NCBI GenBank assembly: GCA_964535725.1
Contig: CAZHUN010000009.1
Location: forward strand, 1 to 35,606
From: an uncultured archaeon
GTDB taxonomy: Archaea > Iainarchaeota > Iainarchaeia > Iainarchaeales > UBA10191
Direction: 5' to 3'
Length of the DNA stretch: 35,606 nucleotides
The number at the start of each line of letters is the position of its first letter. Position 1 is the first letter of the stretch. The notes beneath the pieces were generated by a model. The model did no database searches and was not told the origin of the DNA. It saw only the letters and a list, made by a program, of their open reading frames with translations. Shown here one piece after another: positions 32,684-35,606 of this stretch. The translations under genes and the position numbers were made by a program.

Positions 32684-34723
32684 TCAGTGCGAAGCCCACT
32701 TGATTTTCAATTCTTGGACCTTGGCCAAGTGTTCTTGGCGGTAACGGTATCCGGCAAATACAATGAGCAATACAACGACCAACACGCCCAGCCAGAACAA
32801 GTTTCCGCCCAACACCGCAAATCCGGCCGCAATCGCTTGCGCGATTCCCGCATTGGGAGCGAACGAAATGGTTTTGGAAACTTTTTCTCCGTTGGAATTC
32901 ACAAATTCAACGATCGCACTGCGGGTTTCGGAATTCGTCTTGTCCGGAATAACATGCAATGCAATGCTCTTGCTTTCTCCGGGAGAAAGCGAAACACTGC
33001 GTTGGCCTTCCGCTTTCCATCCCGAAGGCAAGCGCAAGGAAATTTCTCCATTTTGAAATTCGTTCGTCGCATTCACAAGTGCAACATTCACGTCATAGCT
33101 TCCGTCCAAATTGTTCTTGACTTTCGCATTCATTTGCACGTTCAACGCGCGCGCAATCGGAACCGGAGCCGGAGAAAGTTGCACAACGCGCACGATTTTC
33201 GTCAACGAACTCTGCATTTCTCTTTCCGGAATTTGAACGTCGTAAATAATCCACGCCGCGTCTTGCTGCACGTTGGAAACCGTTACGAGAACGTTTTTCA
33301 CTTCCTTCGCTCCCAACGCGACTGCTTGCGGGTCGACATTAGCTTGGCTTCCCGTCAAGTGCACGGTAACAGGATAGTCGAATTCGTTCACAATCGCAAT
33401 CCAATAACTTCCCGAACTGTTAATGGAAAACTCTTCCGGCGCCAAAATTTTCACGTTCAAACCGCTCGTGTCGGAAATTCCGCTGTCCTTGACTGTTACT
33501 GTAAAACTTTGTGCGGCAATGCGGTTGAACGAACATGCGTTCCCGTCTTGGAAGAATCCGGAAACTTTCAAAGTCGCCGTTCCGTTGCCGGTTTGCTGCA
33601 ACGCGTTCACGGCAGTGTTGAAAGAACCTTGGCTTTGCGCTCCCACGCGGATTGCGGCATTCTGGGCTTGGGCGTTAAAGAGGTCAGAGTCTTCTTGCAC
33701 GATCGCGCTTTGAATGGTGAAAACTTGGGGGCTGTTGTTTTGCACCATCACAGGAACGAAAGCGGTTTCGTTTTCGACCACAGAAACATTGTCAGCGCTC
33801 AGTGAAATATCCGAACAGTACGCGGGGGACAAAGGAGCCGAAAATTGAAGGGAAGGCACGATGATTGTTTTCACAACTTCAACGACTTTTTCAACCGCAA
33901 AGGTTTGGGGCACTTGTACTTTTGCGGCAATAGTGACCGCTTCCGCAGTCTTGGAAGCAATGACGGAAAAGTTTTCGCGCGTGGTCGAAAAAGAACATTG
34001 TTTGCCAGAAGCAAAGTATCCTTTCACGGCCGCGCTTGAAGAATAGTTTCCAGATTGCAAGGCTTCGGCATTGTATTGAATGTTGGCGTTGCCTCCAGAG
34101 TTGATTTTCGAGTCATATCCTGCGCTCCAAATTTGCAGGTTGGAAGACGCCGTCCATTCGGTTTGGGAAATGTAAAAACTTTCAGCACTGTTATTTTCCA
34201 CATCAAACTTTCCCGAAACGGTTTCCGAATCCGACAAATAAACGGTTTGGGTACGAATTTGAATGTCGCCGCACGAAGGGGCTTGAACCACTTGTGTTAC
34301 GTTTGAAGTCGAAACAACAGGCGAGTATGTAGAAGTATAGGGGGAGATGGAATCGTAAAATACCGGGCCGTTGATGACTTGGTTCTGGGGATAGTAGAAG
34401 TATTGGTAAGACGGTTGATACCAATAGGTTCCGTTCCAAACCCAGTCTGTCGCGGCATAGTATTGGTCGGCATAACTGTAATACCATCCTGAAGGATAGT
34501 AGGCATACCATTGGTTGCTGTAATTGAAGCGGAAGTCGGAAGGGAAATAGTAATCATTGGACACGGAATACTGCCAAGGATTGGCGGAATACGCGTAATT
34601 GCTTCCGTTCCACACTTGAAAGTAAACGCTGTCCGAATCCCAAGCCAGCGTGACATTGTCAGCGTGAACGCTAGAACCCAAGGCCAACACAGCAATGGCG
34701 ATGAGTACAAAGGAGAGACGCAT
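32684..34723 (-). CDS. secreted, C-terminally membrane-anchored surface protein (S-layer/adhesin-like), Tyr/Trp-rich N-terminal region plus four beta-sandwich-like modules
   Basis: Signal peptide MRLSFVLIAIAVLALGSSVHA. A 120-aa region with 24 Tyr and 8 Trp (my count). Two about 105-aa modules each with a conserved Cys pair (C[GS]DI ... G..CSF). Two CARDB-like modules. C-terminal TM (FWLGVLVVVLLIVFAGY) and a basic tail. Many N-x-S/T sequons. Start set at ATG 34723; the track start GTG 34732 is the SD. Confidence 0.75.
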   Translation of the reverse strand: MRLSFVLIAIAVLALGSSVHADNVTLAWDSDSVYFQVWNGSNYAYSANPWQYSVSNDYYFPSDFRFNYSNQWYAYYPSGWYYSYADQYYAATDWVWNGTYWYQPSYQYFYYPQNQVINGPVFYDSISPYTSTYSPVVSTSNVTQVVQAPSCGDIQIRTQTVYLSDSETVSGKFDVENNSAESFYISQTEWTASSNLQIWSAGYDSKINSGGNANIQYNAEALQSGNYSSSAAVKGYFASGKQCSFSTTRENFSVIASKTAEAVTIAAKVQVPQTFAVEKVVEVVKTIIVPSLQFSAPLSPAYCSDISLSADNVSVVENETAFVPVMVQNNSPQVFTIQSAIVQEDSDLFNAQAQNAAIRVGAQSQGSFNTAVNALQQTGNGTATLKVSGFFQDGNACSFNRIAAQSFTVTVKDSGISDTSGLNVKILAPEEFSINSSGSYWIAIVNEFDYPVTVHLTGSQANVDPQAVALGAKEVKNVLVTVSNVQQDAAWIIYDVQIPEREMQSSLTKIVRVVQLSPAPVPIARALNVQMNAKVKNNLDGSYDVNVALVNATNEFQNGEISLRLPSGWKAEGQRSVSLSPGESKSIALHVIPDKTNSETRSAIVEFVNSNGEKVSKTISFAPNAGIAQAIAAGFAVLGGNLFWLGVLVVVLLIVFAGYRYRQEHLAKVQELKIKWASH

Positions 34724-34744
34724 AGGAAACACCTATCACCAAGC

Positions 34745-34752
34745 TATTTAAA
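34745..34752. promoter_or_regulatory. TATA-like box TTTAAATA between the surface-protein gene and the structured region
   Basis: Lies about 25 nt upstream of ATG 34723 on the minus strand. It is quasi-symmetric, so it could also drive plus-strand transcription toward archease. Confidence 0.35.
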
Positions 34753-34789
34753 CTTAACCCTTATTCACTGTAAGAAGTTACTGCTCTTC

Positions 34790-35000
34790 GTTGAATGCCG
34801 AAAATCAGGCTTTCGCCCATTCCGTAGGGCGGGTCCGGTGTGCCATCTTCGCCTTCGGCTCGATGCCACTATCTTGCCTTTTATTCCACTTCTTGCCTAT
34901 TTTTTGCATGCCCTATTCGTATCCCGCGACCGTTGCGCCGGTCGATGACGCGTCCGGCTTTCAGCCGGACTTCCTCGCTCCGCTCGGACGGCAAACGATT
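34790..35000. ncRNA. ORF-free hairpin-rich region, candidate structured RNA or long structured archease leader (strand unresolved)
   Basis: Stems at 34814-34831 (CGCCC/GGGCG), 34840-34869 (GTGCCATC/GATGCCAC with nested GCC/GGC), 34927-34944 (CGACCG/CGGTCG) and 34952-34970 (GTCCGGC/GCCGGAC). No convincing ORF on either strand. Confidence 0.3.
34923..34956 (+). repeat. copy 2 of the 31-34 nt direct repeat
   Basis: See copy 1. Lies 58-91 nt upstream of the archease start. Confidence 0.85.
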
Positions 35001-35013
35001 CGAGGTGTTTTTC

Positions 35014-35442
35014 GTGCCGTTTAGTTACCCGGAAGACGAGGCGATTGCCGACATTGCCGTCCAAGCCTCCGCCCCCACGCTCGCCATGTTGTTCGGCGAG
35101 AGTGCGATTGCCTTGGAAAACCAGATGGTCGAACTTTCCCAGCTGAAAAAGGCCAAAAAAGTGACACTTTCGCTCTCCGCGTCCGAAGCCGACAAACTGC
35201 TTTTCGACTTTTTGAACGAATTGCTCTTTTTGAAAGACGCGAAACAGTTGCTGTTTTCGAAAGTAAAAGTCAAAATATCCCAAAAAGGTGGAAAATTCGT
35301 GCTCAAAGCAGAATGTTGGGGAGAAAAGTTGAATGCGAAAAAGCACGAGTTGAGGAATGACGTGAAAGCGTGCACGTTTCACGGTTTGAAAGTCGAAAAA
35401 GCGCGGAAGGGTTGGAAGTGCCACTTCGTGTTGGATGTGTGA
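35014..35442 (+). CDS. archease
   Basis: LLFDFLNELLFLKD...LFSKVKVKI.....KFVLKAECWGEKL...KHELRNDVKACTFHGLKVEK...GWKCHFVLDV matches the archease fold pattern. Length of 142 aa fits when started at GTG 35014 (SD GAGGTG 6 nt upstream). ATG 35086 would truncate the conserved N-terminal ..ADI motif. Confidence 0.8.
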   Translation: MPFSYPEDEAIADIAVQASAPTLAMLFGESAIALENQMVELSQLKKAKKVTLSLSASEADKLLFDFLNELLFLKDAKQLLFSKVKVKISQKGGKFVLKAECWGEKLNAKKHELRNDVKACTFHGLKVEKARKGWKCHFVLDV

Positions 35443-35444
35443 AC

Positions 35445-35606
35445 ATGCCAACGCCGAAGCGAAGAAAATTTCTGACTCGACAAAAGCAGAAGCGGAGGGC
35501 CAAAAGGAAAGTATTGTGGCATGATGTGACCCACAGCCCAGGGAAAGATTCGTTCTCGAGCTTGTTGAATATTTGCAAAGAAGGATTCAAAGGAGGACAG
35601 CGGGGA
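35445..35606 (+). CDS. hypothetical protein, 5' fragment (runs off window)
   Basis: ATG lies 2 nt after the archease stop, with an open frame to the window end (MPTPKRRKFLTRQKQKRRAKRKVLWHDVTHSPGKDSF...). Basic N-terminus, no family recognised. Confidence 0.4.
   Translation, partial: MPTPKRRKFLTRQKQKRRAKRKVLWHDVTHSPGKDSFSSLLNICKEGFKGGQRG

Noticed and set aside
32399-33805. Long plus-strand ORFs: 468 aa here, and also 12893-13948, 19721-20812, 8669-9814, 23396-24277, 24293-25198, 25772-26665, 30156-31022 and 1891-2601.
   Set aside because: All are antisense shadows of minus-strand genes with clear family signatures. Their products are F/R/S/L-rich low-complexity strings with no SD and no recognisable motifs. 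They arise from codon bias on the coding strand.
34715-34740. GATAGGTGTTTCCTATG at the surface-protein start shares GTTTCCTAT with the leader-element 3' arm and can form an ATAGG/CCTAT stem around the SD.
   Set aside because: This is only a 9-nt match, and a chance occurrence in 71 kb of two-strand sequence is not negligible. The rest of the element is absent.
13987-34956. Reading the two 31-34 nt direct repeats, one next to a tRNA gene, as attL/attR of an integrated element.
   Set aside because: The 21 kb between them is the universally conserved ribosomal protein, SecY and RNAP core in canonical order. No integrase or other mobile genes are present.
34790-35000. Firm annotation as RNase P RNA based on GAGGAAGTCCGG on the minus strand.
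   Set aside because: Only one conserved region is recognisable. CR-II/III/V are not visible, the motif is locked in a local perfect hairpin, and no upstream promoter is seen. It is kept only as a hypothesis in the findings.
34791-35024. 77-aa plus-strand ORF and the N-terminal extension of the archease frame (34840-35013).
   Set aside because: They have non-ATG starts without an SD, Cys/Phe/Pro-rich implausible sequence, and coincide with the hairpin-dense region. The archease homology begins only at about 35014.

Overview
Archaeal chromosome segment. About 55 of roughly 60 genes lie on the minus strand in one nearly uninterrupted translation/transcription super-operon.

Gene order, read in the minus sense:
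- L3-L4-L23-L2-S19-L22-S3-L29-aIF1-Rpp29-S17-L14-L24-S4e-L5-S14-S8-L6-L32e-L19e-L18-S5-L30-L15-SecY
- DUF106 insertase-L34e-L14e-S13-S4-S11-RpoD
- tRNA-Leu (with intron)
- L18e-L13-S9-RpoN-S2
- TrmB-family regulator, a small basic ORF, GluRS
- L7Ae-S28e-L24e-NDK-aIF5B-S6e-aIF2gamma-PIN-RpoE-Spt4-S24e-S27ae
- a CPBP protease and pyrB, which runs off the window

The right end (31.2-35.6 kb) is the only accessory-looking part. It holds a small membrane protein, an SPFH/stomatin protein, a 679-aa secreted and C-terminally anchored surface protein with a very Tyr/Trp-rich N-terminal region, a hairpin-rich ORF-free 270 nt, archease, and a partial ORF.

Main non-obvious signals:
1. A family of near-identical intergenic leader elements, immediately 5' of the start codons of eight to ten genes. 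Each has a purine block, an 8-9 bp hairpin in the long form, then GGTGTCTATAATG. There are five long, three short and one or two degenerate copies, with one compensatory change in the hairpin.
2. A 31-34 nt near-identical direct repeat at two ORF-free, hairpin-rich loci 21 kb apart. One sits in a four-hairpin leader upstream of the intron-containing tRNA-Leu, the other upstream of archease.
3. A D'/C'-like K-loop motif covering the SD and start codons of the L7Ae gene.
4. A tandem palindromic 15-mer in the TrmB-family regulator promoter.

Many translation proteins carry low-complexity terminal extensions, and adk and cmk are absent from their usual position. This is compatible with an uncultured small-genome archaeon, but the taxon cannot be established from this window. 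All calls come from reading the sequence and the ORF translations by eye. No database search was run.
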